From IMG/VR virus record IMGVR_UViG_3300021405_000007, positions 1 through 64,000 of that record: 64,000 nucleotides of DNA. One strand, 5' to 3'. Origin of the DNA: a virus. A program made the translations under genes and the position numbers. This document shows positions 55,043-64,000 of the stretch, in pieces; the first letter of the stretch is position 1; every line of letters begins with the position of its first letter. The notes below the pieces were generated by a model. That model saw only the letters and a list, made by a program, of their open reading frames with translations, searched no databases and was not told where the DNA came from.

Positions 55043-57190
55043 ATGGCTATTAAAACAAATTTCGGTGGAAGCACTATTTATCATCCAGGTGCTTATTCAA
55101 AATCGATCACCAACCCAACTCCCGGCTCTAATGTTGTATCAACCGATACCCTATTTCTTATTGGTGAGGCCTCTGGTGGCCAACCAGGTTCAAGCGCTGG
55201 TATAGTGTTTTACCCAGCTTCAGCTGCTTCCCAAATTCAATCTATTTATCAATCCGGCCCTATTGTAGACGCAATCATGAATTGTTTAGCTCCCCTGAAA
55301 CTATCAGGCGGTGGTGGTCCGGGTTTAATTGGTATATATAAAACCAACGCATCTGTGCAAGCATCTCTATCATTAGCTAGTTCTTACGCTACCTTAAAAG
55401 CTTTAGATTACGGCGTAAATGGAAACAGGATCACTGCTAAAATTATTGTTTCTGCAGAAGTATCTCCAGCAGTAACTGGTTCAGCAGCAGTAACTAACTT
55501 TGGTGGTTTAAACACTGAAACTTTAGTAATTAGAACAAATGGTGCAGCTTCAGTCACAGTTACATTCTCTTCTCCTGCAAGTATTGCTGATGTGATTTCT
55601 CAAATCAATTCTCAAGACACCCAAGTAACAGCGAGTCAAGTTGGTGGAATTCTTACGATTACCAAAAATACATCGGCTAATCATAATAGGGATGGTTTTG
55701 GTTCTACTATTGAAATTGTTAGCGGTTCTGCCTTAGGCCTTTTGTTTCTAACAGCTGGTCAATTTGGAGTAGCCGCTTCAGAACAAACCGCAACCGTAAC
55801 CTTAGCAAGTTCTGCTATTAATGTAACTGAAACTGATGTAGAAGGCGGAGCAATCGCTCTATCTATCGGTAGAACTAATGCTAGTTCTTGTACAGCTGCA
55901 ACAGTTCAAGTCAGTTCAACTAGTTTGGTGCTTACCGCAACGGGTTCAACTTCTTATAACTTTACCTTAAGCCAATACCCTTTAATTAAAGATTTAGTAG
56001 CAGCTATTAATAACGTAGCTGGAGGTTGGTCTGTAACTGCTAATGCAACCTTACAAAGTCTACCGTCATCAGCACTTGATGAAATGACCATTGGAGCATT
56101 TTCTGAAGCTGGTAACCAACCTGCTAGGATTAAAATTGATGCTTATTCAATGTCTCACGCTTTTGATTCATCCCAATTAGTTTCTATTGCCATGACTGCA
56201 GTAGCTGGTTTACCAGACCAACTTTCTCCTGCTGCTAGTTTAGCTGGTGGATTGTTGGGTGCAAGCGCTTCTTCTGACTTCGAAAATGCTTTAACTTTAT
56301 CTTTATCCGAAGACGTAAATGTTATCGTTCCTTTAATTAGCCAAGATGCTTCGGCTGACATCAGTATGGGTGTAACTGACTCTAGTTCTACTTACGATGT
56401 AGAAGCTGTTCAAGCAGCCCTTTCTTCTAACTTGGCATTACGCGGCAATATTAAAAATCGTCGCGAAGCTCAAGGGGTTGTAGGATACAGAGTTAATACT
56501 GCAGCTGCTATGTATGCCCAAGCAGCTTTGTTAGCCGATTCCAATACTCAATTAGTTGGACAGGATGTTTTAGTAGTAGATTCAACTGGTAATCTAAATT
56601 ATAAACAACCACACATCTTAGCTGCAATGATTGCAGGTGCTCGTTTAGGTGTTGATATCGGTGAACCTTTAACTTACAAATTCATTGCAGTTTCAGCAGT
56701 GGGTCATTTTGTTAATCCATCTACTGGTGTTTCTGGTGGTGATTTCAACCCAGTAATCGATGGTGATGCAGCTATCCAAGCCGGGGTTACTTATTTGGAA
56801 CCAGCTCAAGGAGCTTTCCGAATAGCAGTAGACAATACTACTTACGGTGCAGATGCTAATTTTGTTTACAATCGTGGTTCAGTGGTACAAGCTGCTCAAT
56901 ACATTGCTAAAACGATCCGTAATGATGCTGAACTTACTTTCGTAGGTAAGAAAACTTCAATCGTTGATGCTAATGCCATTAAATCAAGAATTTCAACAAT
57001 ATTACGTCAATTATTAGTAGCTCAAATTATAGTCCCTTCAACTGGTTATCCTTTGGGTTATAATACTGACACTTTTACCGTACAAGTTGTTGGAAACACA
57101 GCTAGCGTTCAACTCGAAGTATTCCCAGTACTTGGCCTCGACTTTGTGCTGATTACTTTTACGTTATCGGAAGCTACTTCTAACGCTTAA
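55043..57190 (+). CDS. tail sheath protein
   Basis: F.G..IY.PG.YS, IGEA.GG.P, GEPLTYK, D.TTY, FVGKK. Confidence 0.92.
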   Translation: MAIKTNFGGSTIYHPGAYSKSITNPTPGSNVVSTDTLFLIGEASGGQPGSSAGIVFYPASAASQIQSIYQSGPIVDAIMNCLAPLKLSGGGGPGLIGIYKTNASVQASLSLASSYATLKALDYGVNGNRITAKIIVSAEVSPAVTGSAAVTNFGGLNTETLVIRTNGAASVTVTFSSPASIADVISQINSQDTQVTASQVGGILTITKNTSANHNRDGFGSTIEIVSGSALGLLFLTAGQFGVAASEQTATVTLASSAINVTETDVEGGAIALSIGRTNASSCTAATVQVSSTSLVLTATGSTSYNFTLSQYPLIKDLVAAINNVAGGWSVTANATLQSLPSSALDEMTIGAFSEAGNQPARIKIDAYSMSHAFDSSQLVSIAMTAVAGLPDQLSPAASLAGGLLGASASSDFENALTLSLSEDVNVIVPLISQDASADISMGVTDSSSTYDVEAVQAALSSNLALRGNIKNRREAQGVVGYRVNTAAAMYAQAALLADSNTQLVGQDVLVVDSTGNLNYKQPHILAAMIAGARLGVDIGEPLTYKFIAVSAVGHFVNPSTGVSGGDFNPVIDGDAAIQAGVTYLEPAQGAFRIAVDNTTYGADANFVYNRGSVVQAAQYIAKTIRNDAELTFVGKKTSIVDANAIKSRISTILRQLLVAQIIVPSTGYPLGYNTDTFTVQVVGNTASVQLEVFPVLGLDFVLITFTLSEATSNA

Positions 57191-57201
57191 GGAATTGTTG
57201 A

Positions 57202-57744
57202 ATGAGCGATAAACTCATAGATTGGGATGCGATACGAGTACCTCTAGACTTTAATAAAGCTAAAAAAGCTAGAGGTGAATACTCTTCTTACAGAGAGTTA
57301 GTAGCAAAATCTCAAGAAATGATGGTAAAAGCTCAACAAGCACAAGAACTTAGAAAAGCTCAAGAATTAGAACTGAAACCAAAGTTGATAGATAGATTGG
57401 TTAACCGCACTCCAATCACTGTTATGAGATCTTTTCAAAATCCCACTGAGACCGCTAACGGTATGGTGAACGATGAAGAAGATGACGGATTTTATACAGT
57501 AGTTAAAAGTAGTAATAATGGTAGTGGAATTAGATTTCAAGAAGTGATGGAAACGATTCCAGCTGGAGAAGTGCTCCAATTTAAAACGTTAGAAAAGACT
57601 CTAGGACAATTAATATTTAAAAGTAAGTCAGGTCGAGAATATTGCATATATAAAGATCCAACAGTTATGTTTCAGGGACAAACGATAGATAATCCAGCAT
57701 ACTGGGGACTTATTTTTAACTGTGATTTGAATAAAGAAATTTAA
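57202..57744 (+). CDS. hypothetical protein carrying LxK(A/S) sites
   Basis: FNKA, VAKS, MVKA, LRKA, VVKS. Confidence 0.55.
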   Translation: MSDKLIDWDAIRVPLDFNKAKKARGEYSSYRELVAKSQEMMVKAQQAQELRKAQELELKPKLIDRLVNRTPITVMRSFQNPTETANGMVNDEEDDGFYTVVKSSNNGSGIRFQEVMETIPAGEVLQFKTLEKTLGQLIFKSKSGREYCIYKDPTVMFQGQTIDNPAYWGLIFNCDLNKEI

Positions 57745-57755
57745 GGAGATAAAAA

Positions 57756-58196
57756 ATGGCAAGAATTTTAACGGGTTCCAAAGCGCAGATTAGAATCAAT
57801 GGAAACATCGTTGCATTCGCATCAAACGTTTCTGTTGACTATGATTATGCATTGGCTAATGCAGATATCTTAGGACAATTGGAAACAGGCGATCTTGCGG
57901 AAGTTGGACATACTGCGAGGGCTACTTGCGATCACTTCATGCTCGTAGATCAAAGTTTTGCTTCTACTGCAGTAGAACTTGGTTTTGAAAATGCAATTCT
58001 TTCAGCAATGAGAGACCAAGCATACTTCGATATCGAAATCTTTGATACCACCAATAACAATGAAATTCGCATGAAATTAGGTGACTGCAAATTTGCTGGC
58101 GGTAGTGGTAGAATGGCTTCTCGTGACATGTTTACTGGTACTTGGAACTTCACAGCTAGGTTCGTCGAACACACTAGTGCTCGCGCTGGTTTATAA
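57756..58196 (+). CDS. tail tube protein
   Basis: TG..A.I.ING..V.FA..V, LG..E, F.IEIFD, CKF, F.A; follows the sheath. Confidence 0.8.
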   Translation: MARILTGSKAQIRINGNIVAFASNVSVDYDYALANADILGQLETGDLAEVGHTARATCDHFMLVDQSFASTAVELGFENAILSAMRDQAYFDIEIFDTTNNNEIRMKLGDCKFAGGSGRMASRDMFTGTWNFTARFVEHTSARAGL

Positions 58197-58244
58197 CCTA
58201 AATACTTGAAATAATTAGTCATTTAACTTTTGAAGGAGGGCTTT

Positions 58245-58478
58245 ATGCCAGACCAAAAACCTACTAAGCTTAAGATCTACAATAAAAAACCAGGTCAGAT
58301 CTCTTCTGGCTCAAACACTGCTATAGAAGTTGACGGTAAATTATTACCTCACGTAACTTTCATTAAAATTGAACTAAAACCCAATAAATTAGCAAAAGTT
58401 ACCATGGAACTACTTCTAGATATGGAGAGCGTAGATCTAGAAGTAGAGTCATCTACTTTGAAGTGTTTAAGGTCATAA
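58245..58478 (+). CDS. hypothetical protein
   Basis: SD AAGGAGG. Confidence 0.6.
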   Translation: MPDQKPTKLKIYNKKPGQISSGSNTAIEVDGKLLPHVTFIKIELKPNKLAKVTMELLLDMESVDLEVESSTLKCLRS

Positions 58479-58481
58479 GAA

Positions 58482-59306
58482 GTGGCTCTTGAAAAAACAT
58501 TTAGGAGTGTCCCACCCCAAGCGTTCACTGCAGATGGTACTTCCAATGGTATTGTAAAAATTGCTGATACTACATCTTTTAAGATTGGTCAGCATGTTAG
58601 AGTTCAAGCTGTTGGTCAATCTGATCTTATAGTTAAAATTACTGATATCACAGATATAAACACGATTATGGTAGATGCTAATATAAGCCTCTACACTTTA
58701 ATTGATTCTGCTAGTATTAGTGCAGCAGCTCAAAGACGCTCGATAGTTGGCTCTATAGATGTGCTAAGAGCGGTATATTCGGAAGCCCCAACAGTAGCAT
58801 TTAGAACTACTTTGGTTGATCAATTAGGTAATAGCTATAATGATAGTAATCCCTTACCGATGGCCTTCGATGGCACTATCAATATAGGCGATGTAACGAT
58901 CACCGATGGGACAAATGATTTAAAGGTAAACTCTGATGGTTCCATAAATGTAGTAACCGAGTCTATAGCGGGCGCAGTTACCAATATTTTTTCTCAGATT
59001 TCTTCCCTAGTAGCTAACTCTCAAACTCAAATTTTAAGTTATACCGTACCTATATCTCAGACTTTTCTTTTGGCTGAAGTAGAAGTAAGCGGGACTAATA
59101 TTGCCGTTTACGAGGTCTATATAGGCGGGGTTTTGCAAGCTCGGAGAAGAACCTATTTTGGGGGTTCTTTATCCGATGAGTTTAATTTTACTGCCGGTAG
59201 TGGCCCTTTAATGATTGCCTCGGGAGGTATAATTAGTGTGAAAGTAACACACATGCGTCCTGACGTTGGTGATTTTGAGGCTAGATTATTAGGCGTACTT
59301 CAATAA
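58482..59306 (+). CDS. virion structural/fibre-associated protein
   Basis: beta-rich; N-terminal half paralogous to 44189-44611. Confidence 0.6.
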   Translation: MALEKTFRSVPPQAFTADGTSNGIVKIADTTSFKIGQHVRVQAVGQSDLIVKITDITDINTIMVDANISLYTLIDSASISAAAQRRSIVGSIDVLRAVYSEAPTVAFRTTLVDQLGNSYNDSNPLPMAFDGTINIGDVTITDGTNDLKVNSDGSINVVTESIAGAVTNIFSQISSLVANSQTQILSYTVPISQTFLLAEVEVSGTNIAVYEVYIGGVLQARRRTYFGGSLSDEFNFTAGSGPLMIASGGIISVKVTHMRPDVGDFEARLLGVLQ

Positions 59307-59321
59307 CAATTAAGGTATCTT

Positions 59322-59504
59322 ATGCTTCCTCTAGATTTAAAAAGAATAAAACTTGAATTAGTTAAGGTGGCGGCTGCAAGAGCTGAACTTGAGTTCAGAA
59401 TTGAAGAGCGCTTAGACGATATCGAAAGAATAAAAGCTAACATTCAAATTCAATTAGATAAAGAATCAGAATTACAAAAAAAGATAGCAGAAGCTTCAGT
59501 TTAA
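59322..59504 (+). CDS. small coiled-coil protein
   Basis: heptad pattern. Confidence 0.55.
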   Translation: MLPLDLKRIKLELVKVAAARAELEFRIEERLDDIERIKANIQIQLDKESELQKKIAEASV

Positions 59505-59530
59505 ACAAATGTTTTTTATAAGGTATCGAT

Positions 59531-60613
59531 ATGTCAGACTTTAATAGTAGCCTTCCGGTACGCACCCAAAGCGCCGGCGACGTAATTGCCAAAATCTCAG
59601 ACGCTACAACCCCATCACAGCAATTAGCTGTCGATGTTACCGGTAAGATAACAGTAAAAATAGACGACGCTTCTGGCTCTGGTTTAACTTCACAAGTAAA
59701 TGGTACTCAACAAGCTTTAGATGTTGGTATCAACGTTTCCGGTGTCCAAATTGATCCGCGAAATCAAGGCTCTGCTGCTGCAACCCATGCTAGTCCTTGG
59801 TGGGTTCGACTAACAGATGGTACTAATGACTCTTCTTTATTAGCTACTGGCGAACTCAAGGTATCGGTGACTCAGTTACTAACTGAAGATCATAACTATG
59901 GAGCAGTTGGTGCAAGCACGCTTAGAGTAGCTGCTCAAATTGGTAATGCTACTGGAGCAGCCAGTTTTGGGGGAGGTGCCACTAGTGCTCAAACTCTTAG
60001 AACTTCAGCCAATTTAAGTGATGGTGCCGGTACAGCTTTGACCTCTTCTTTGGTCAACTCTAAACAACGATTAGATGTTGGCTTAGCTGCTGAGGGAGTA
60101 ACTGGTGCTGCTGTTCCTTTTGATTCAGTTCAAATTGGTGGTTCAGATGGAACAGACCTAAGAACGTGGTCAATGTTTTCCTCTGGTATTGGTAAAGTTG
60201 GCATTTTTGACTCCCTAGGGAATGCTTTTAGCATAAGTAACCCGTTACCTGTAACTGTTGATACGGTTATTGGTAGCTCAGTTAATGACTTCAAGGATGC
60301 TTCTTCAATCGCTGCAAGTTCTAGTGACAACCACGACTACACCGTAACTGCTGGCAAAACTCTAACTTTAGATCAAATTGAATCAGCAGCTTCTGGTAAA
60401 GCTAAAATGCAAGTTCAAATTGAAACCGGAGTTGCGACAGGGGTATTCAATGCTAAATTTACCCAATTTAACTCAACTGCAACCCCTAGCATGAGTGTAA
60501 AACTGTCTGACCCTATTCAAGTAGCAGCAGGCGTAAGAGTTCGAATTGTAATGACAAACTTAGATGTTAATGCAATGGATTTATATTCAACTGTATCGGG
60601 TACAGAAAATTAA
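59531..60613 (+). CDS. virion fibre-like structural protein
   Basis: Gly/Ser/Thr/Ala-rich with internal DG.G..LTS..VN..Q.LDV repeats. Confidence 0.6.
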   Translation: MSDFNSSLPVRTQSAGDVIAKISDATTPSQQLAVDVTGKITVKIDDASGSGLTSQVNGTQQALDVGINVSGVQIDPRNQGSAAATHASPWWVRLTDGTNDSSLLATGELKVSVTQLLTEDHNYGAVGASTLRVAAQIGNATGAASFGGGATSAQTLRTSANLSDGAGTALTSSLVNSKQRLDVGLAAEGVTGAAVPFDSVQIGGSDGTDLRTWSMFSSGIGKVGIFDSLGNAFSISNPLPVTVDTVIGSSVNDFKDASSIAASSSDNHDYTVTAGKTLTLDQIESAASGKAKMQVQIETGVATGVFNAKFTQFNSTATPSMSVKLSDPIQVAAGVRVRIVMTNLDVNAMDLYSTVSGTEN

Positions 60614-60623
60614 AGGGTAAATC

Positions 60624-62975
60624 TTGGCTGATCTATCTTACATTCAATCTACTCAAGAAGTTAAAATTGCTGGACAAGATGCAACTGGCCATAATGTTAA
60701 CTTCGTTGGTGCCGATACCAATGGCAATATGCTGGTTAAAGATTTTGCTGATGGCACGACTGGCTCTGTAACGCCTGCTACTGCGATACAAATAGGCGTT
60801 AAAAATGTAGCCGGTAATCTACAAGCTCCCTCCTTGGATCGGAATGGCTTTTTAAGTACTACTATAAATACGGATAAATCCGTTTTCGGACCATTGATCA
60901 CTTTATCAAGGGTGCAACAATTATCTGCAGATTTTTCCCAAACAGTTGCTGCTAATAATTTATCACAAACAGTAACGGGAACCGGAGTAATAGCTCTTTC
61001 AAACTCCAATGCAACGATATCTAGTGGAACGGGCGCTACATCCTCAGCACAACTCCAAACGATAGGATCTATAAACTATTCCCCTGGTAGAGAAATTTAT
61101 ACTCAATTCACGGCTGCTTTTACTTCACCTACTAGTGCTGCAAGTACCCAATATACAGGTCTTTATAATGGAACCGATGGTTTATTAATTGGGTATAACG
61201 GTCTTAATTTTGGTATAGCAAGTGTTGCAGGGGGATCTCTAACCTTTGTCTCCTCAGCTTCTTTCAATTTAGATACTTTAGCCGGCGCTGCAACGTCTTT
61301 ATTCACTCGGGCTGGTACTCCAGAGGCGGTGAACTTTACTTTAAAAAATGTTTATAGAATTCGTGCCGGATGGTTAGGTGCCGCCCCAATATATTACGAG
61401 ATTCTTTCTCCTGATGGAAATTGGGTAACTTTTCACATAATACGTCAACCAAATAGCTCAGTAAATCCAGCATTTTTACAGCCATCCTTGCCAATTACGA
61501 TGTTGGTTACAAAAACTGCCTCGGATAGTACGAATTTAGTTATTACGACTACTTCCTGGGATGCGGGCATTGTCGACGTATCTTCAGGTGTTGATATCAG
61601 CAATAATGGCACCATTTCAGTACTAAATGGAGCAGTGTTAATTAACACCGAGGAACGTTCAACTGTAGTTATGGACGTTACCGGTACTTGGTCCGGAACT
61701 TTACAAATTCAAGGAGATGTTGGTGATAGTACTTGGAATGCTATATATGGTATTAACACCAATGCTGTTTCCGCTCAAAATTACACAGCCAATGCAACAA
61801 TAATAGTTCCTTGCGCAGGTTTTGCTTCTATAAGAGTTATAGCCACTGCTTGGAGTTCCGGAACTGCTAATGTTAACTGGGTCGCTACACAAGGTATACA
61901 AGGTGTATTAGCTCAAAGTGTGGGGAATATAGCATCTGGACAGCCGGATATTGGTAATCCTATCAAGATAGGGGGGGTTTACAATTCAACCTTGCCTGTA
62001 GTCTCCACTGGAAGCAGAGTAGACTTGCAGGTTGATGCTAATGGTAGGTTAAAACTAGCAGGATCTAGCTATTTTCATCCTATTTTCTCCGTAAGAGTTC
62101 AAAATGTATCAGCTGTTACGACCATTCTTTCTACCTCCCTAACTGCAACCATTAGTGCCACAAAAGCGGGAAACACCATAATTGTGGCCGCATGCTGCAA
62201 TGCTGGCACCCTAACTATAGCAGATAGTGCGTCACAGACTTACTCAACAGCGACAACGTTAGCTGGAAACGGCACCCAAACTTCTAAAATATTCTATTTT
62301 CCTAATACGGCTGCAGGGGTAACCACGGTAACTATTTCTTCGACCTCTTCTACTGACCTAAACTTAGTAGTAGCTGAATATTCGGGAGTTTTGACTGCTT
62401 CTCCTTTAGATCAGACTTCTACCCACGGTCAAACAGCTTCCACTTCTTGGACTAGTAATTCTACTCCAGCTACGGCTCAAGCTTCAGAATTGCTAATCGG
62501 TAACTGCATGGGGACTTTGCATAATAATACAACCTTCACTCCGGCTACTGGATGGAATTCCATAAGTACAGCATTAAGTACTAGGGGTGGTGCTAATTTA
62601 GAACTATTTATGGCTGATCAATATGTACTAGCAACAGGCACATATGCTTTTACCGGGACGACTAGTCAGAGTGATGATGAGTATGCTGCTATAGCTACTT
62701 TTAAATTCGCTACCCCAAACATGATTGTGCCGGTCAATACAGCCGCACTAATAAAGTCGGGCGCGGGAATACTCAGAAAAATTACTGTTAATACAATCGG
62801 AACAGGCTCTGCAAGTGTAACTATTTATGATAATACCACTAATTCTGGAACTATTGTGGCGACTCTGGCTTTAACATCTGCAATTGGATCAGTGGAATAT
62901 AATTTGAATTATGCAACTGGGCTGACGATAGTAGTCAATTCAACTACAGCTGACCTTACGGTGATATATGACTAA
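60624..62975 (+). CDS. multidomain tail fibre/adhesin-like protein
   Basis: Ser/Thr/Gly-rich beta modules. Confidence 0.6.
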   Translation: MADLSYIQSTQEVKIAGQDATGHNVNFVGADTNGNMLVKDFADGTTGSVTPATAIQIGVKNVAGNLQAPSLDRNGFLSTTINTDKSVFGPLITLSRVQQLSADFSQTVAANNLSQTVTGTGVIALSNSNATISSGTGATSSAQLQTIGSINYSPGREIYTQFTAAFTSPTSAASTQYTGLYNGTDGLLIGYNGLNFGIASVAGGSLTFVSSASFNLDTLAGAATSLFTRAGTPEAVNFTLKNVYRIRAGWLGAAPIYYEILSPDGNWVTFHIIRQPNSSVNPAFLQPSLPITMLVTKTASDSTNLVITTTSWDAGIVDVSSGVDISNNGTISVLNGAVLINTEERSTVVMDVTGTWSGTLQIQGDVGDSTWNAIYGINTNAVSAQNYTANATIIVPCAGFASIRVIATAWSSGTANVNWVATQGIQGVLAQSVGNIASGQPDIGNPIKIGGVYNSTLPVVSTGSRVDLQVDANGRLKLAGSSYFHPIFSVRVQNVSAVTTILSTSLTATISATKAGNTIIVAACCNAGTLTIADSASQTYSTATTLAGNGTQTSKIFYFPNTAAGVTTVTISSTSSTDLNLVVAEYSGVLTASPLDQTSTHGQTASTSWTSNSTPATAQASELLIGNCMGTLHNNTTFTPATGWNSISTALSTRGGANLELFMADQYVLATGTYAFTGTTSQSDDEYAAIATFKFATPNMIVPVNTAALIKSGAGILRKITVNTIGTGSASVTIYDNTTNSGTIVATLALTSAIGSVEYNLNYATGLTIVVNSTTADLTVIYD

Positions 62976-64000
62976 AGTAACATGGACTCAAATAAAACAG
63001 TCAATTATATCAAATAATTCCGATTATAGCTGGCTCCAAGATGACAATTCTTACACGGTTACCACATTTGGAGGTTCTCAAGAACTAACGGCTATTATTC
63101 CTATTACCGTACCAGCTTCTTCCGATCAGACTGATTTTGAGACCAATTATAAAAATTCAAGTTCAATTCCTAGAAGTAGTCTTTTTCCTAAACCCTTCAT
63201 CGATAACAGTGTGGCTACGACCTTTACTGGTGCAGGACAAACTCTTGTAATTGATACTACTGGCTGTTCTACAGTACAGTATGGGACGATAAACCATAGT
63301 TGGATTGGTGATATAAGCACTGAATTAAGTTATGATAATGGAGCTAATTGGTTTCCTTGTGCTACAGCTGATACAGACCCCTCAACCAACCTACTTATGC
63401 TTGAGTGGGGGGGTGCCTTTTCCTCAGCATTCAACGATGATCCGTGGGAAGTTAATAGCTCTGGTAGTACAAATTTCAGACTTAGAGTTTTAGACTATAC
63501 GTCAGGATCTTTAGATGTAACAATGATATCTTCGGCGGCATCTACGGATGTTGCAACACCATCAAATGATAGGTGGAATGTAGGTACTGCTAGTGCTTTG
63601 AATGGCACAATCACAGGAGCAACCGCCGGCTGTAGTTCATGCGGAATAGCCGTATCAGGTACTTGGTCTGGAGTTTTAACTTTTCAAGCCAGTATAGATA
63701 ATGTTAACTTTTTCAATATTTCAGTTATTGACCTATCAACAGGGTTCCAAATCCCAACCGTAAGTGCTAATGGCAATTATATGACTCCTTGTGGGGGGTA
63801 CAATCTTATAAGAGCTTTAGTTACTTCATACTCTTCTGGTTCAATAGTGGTGACCTTTGATGCAGGTACAGGTAGCCAAGAGGGCTTGTATCCAATAGAT
63901 CCTCCTACCAAATATAATCATATAACCGGTAACGCCACGACCACTGTTAAATCGGGTGTAGGAAGACTTCATTCAATTTGCATAAACAATAATACTACTG
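62968..64000 (+). CDS. tail fibre-like protein, partial (runs off the window)
   Basis: ATG 62968 MTKVTWTQIK...; shares GTWSG.L..Q and KSG.G.L..I modules with 60624-62975. Confidence 0.65.
   Translation, partial: MTKVTWTQIKQSIISNNSDYSWLQDDNSYTVTTFGGSQELTAIIPITVPASSDQTDFETNYKNSSSIPRSSLFPKPFIDNSVATTFTGAGQTLVIDTTGCSTVQYGTINHSWIGDISTELSYDNGANWFPCATADTDPSTNLLMLEWGGAFSSAFNDDPWEVNSSGSTNFRLRVLDYTSGSLDVTMISSAASTDVATPSNDRWNVGTASALNGTITGATAGCSSCGIAVSGTWSGVLTFQASIDNVNFFNISVIDLSTGFQIPTVSANGNYMTPCGGYNLIRALVTSYSSGSIVVTFDAGTGSQEGLYPIDPPTKYNHITGNATTTVKSGVGRLHSICINNNTT

Noticed and set aside
60692-60718. TAATGTTA-N11-GCCGATAC
   Set aside because: Inside the 5' part of a long CDS with no nearby downstream start and a mismatched -35; likely chance.
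74-61901. Minus-strand and nested ORFs in the supplied track (for example 32262-32955, 48678-48989, 34143-34373)
   Set aside because: They lie inside well-supported + strand genes, lack RBSs and look like shadow ORFs.
1-64000. Genome-wide TAG recoding (prompted by the TAG at 51420)
   Set aside because: Long genes are uninterrupted in code 11 and several end convincingly at TAG (26450, 43536, 44611, 55025).

Overview
A 64-kb slice of a large, AT-rich myovirus (contractile-tail dsDNA phage with a Twort/SPO1-like head and tail module), almost all coded on the + strand. Order: CYTH enzyme and GroEL; replication/recombination block (SSB-like, GIY-YIG, ParB plus PAPS-reductase pair, MazG, primase-helicase, family A DNA polymerase, dNMP kinase, UvsY/RecA, SbcD/SbcC, RuvC); packaging and head block (terminase, portal, MuF-like, two ClpP, trigger-factor-like, GroES, Cas4-like, prohead protease, scaffold, major capsid); HNH; a ~9 kb accessory region (small membrane proteins, NRAMP-related Mg2+ transporter, CPBP protease, DEDDh nuclease, peptide deformylase); neck genes, a repeat-containing putative head polyprotein, an RpoD-like sigma factor, tail sheath/tube and fibre-like genes. 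The strongest non-coding signal is seven sigma-28 (FliA/SigD)-type promoters, one a perfect consensus match, ahead of accessory and replication genes. A second set of extended -10 promoters, often inside inverted repeats, precedes mostly structural genes. With the phage's own RpoD and protein-folding genes, this suggests a sigma28-to-sigma70 takeover of a motile, non-growing host cell. All calls are from motif recognition by eye; no database searches were run.
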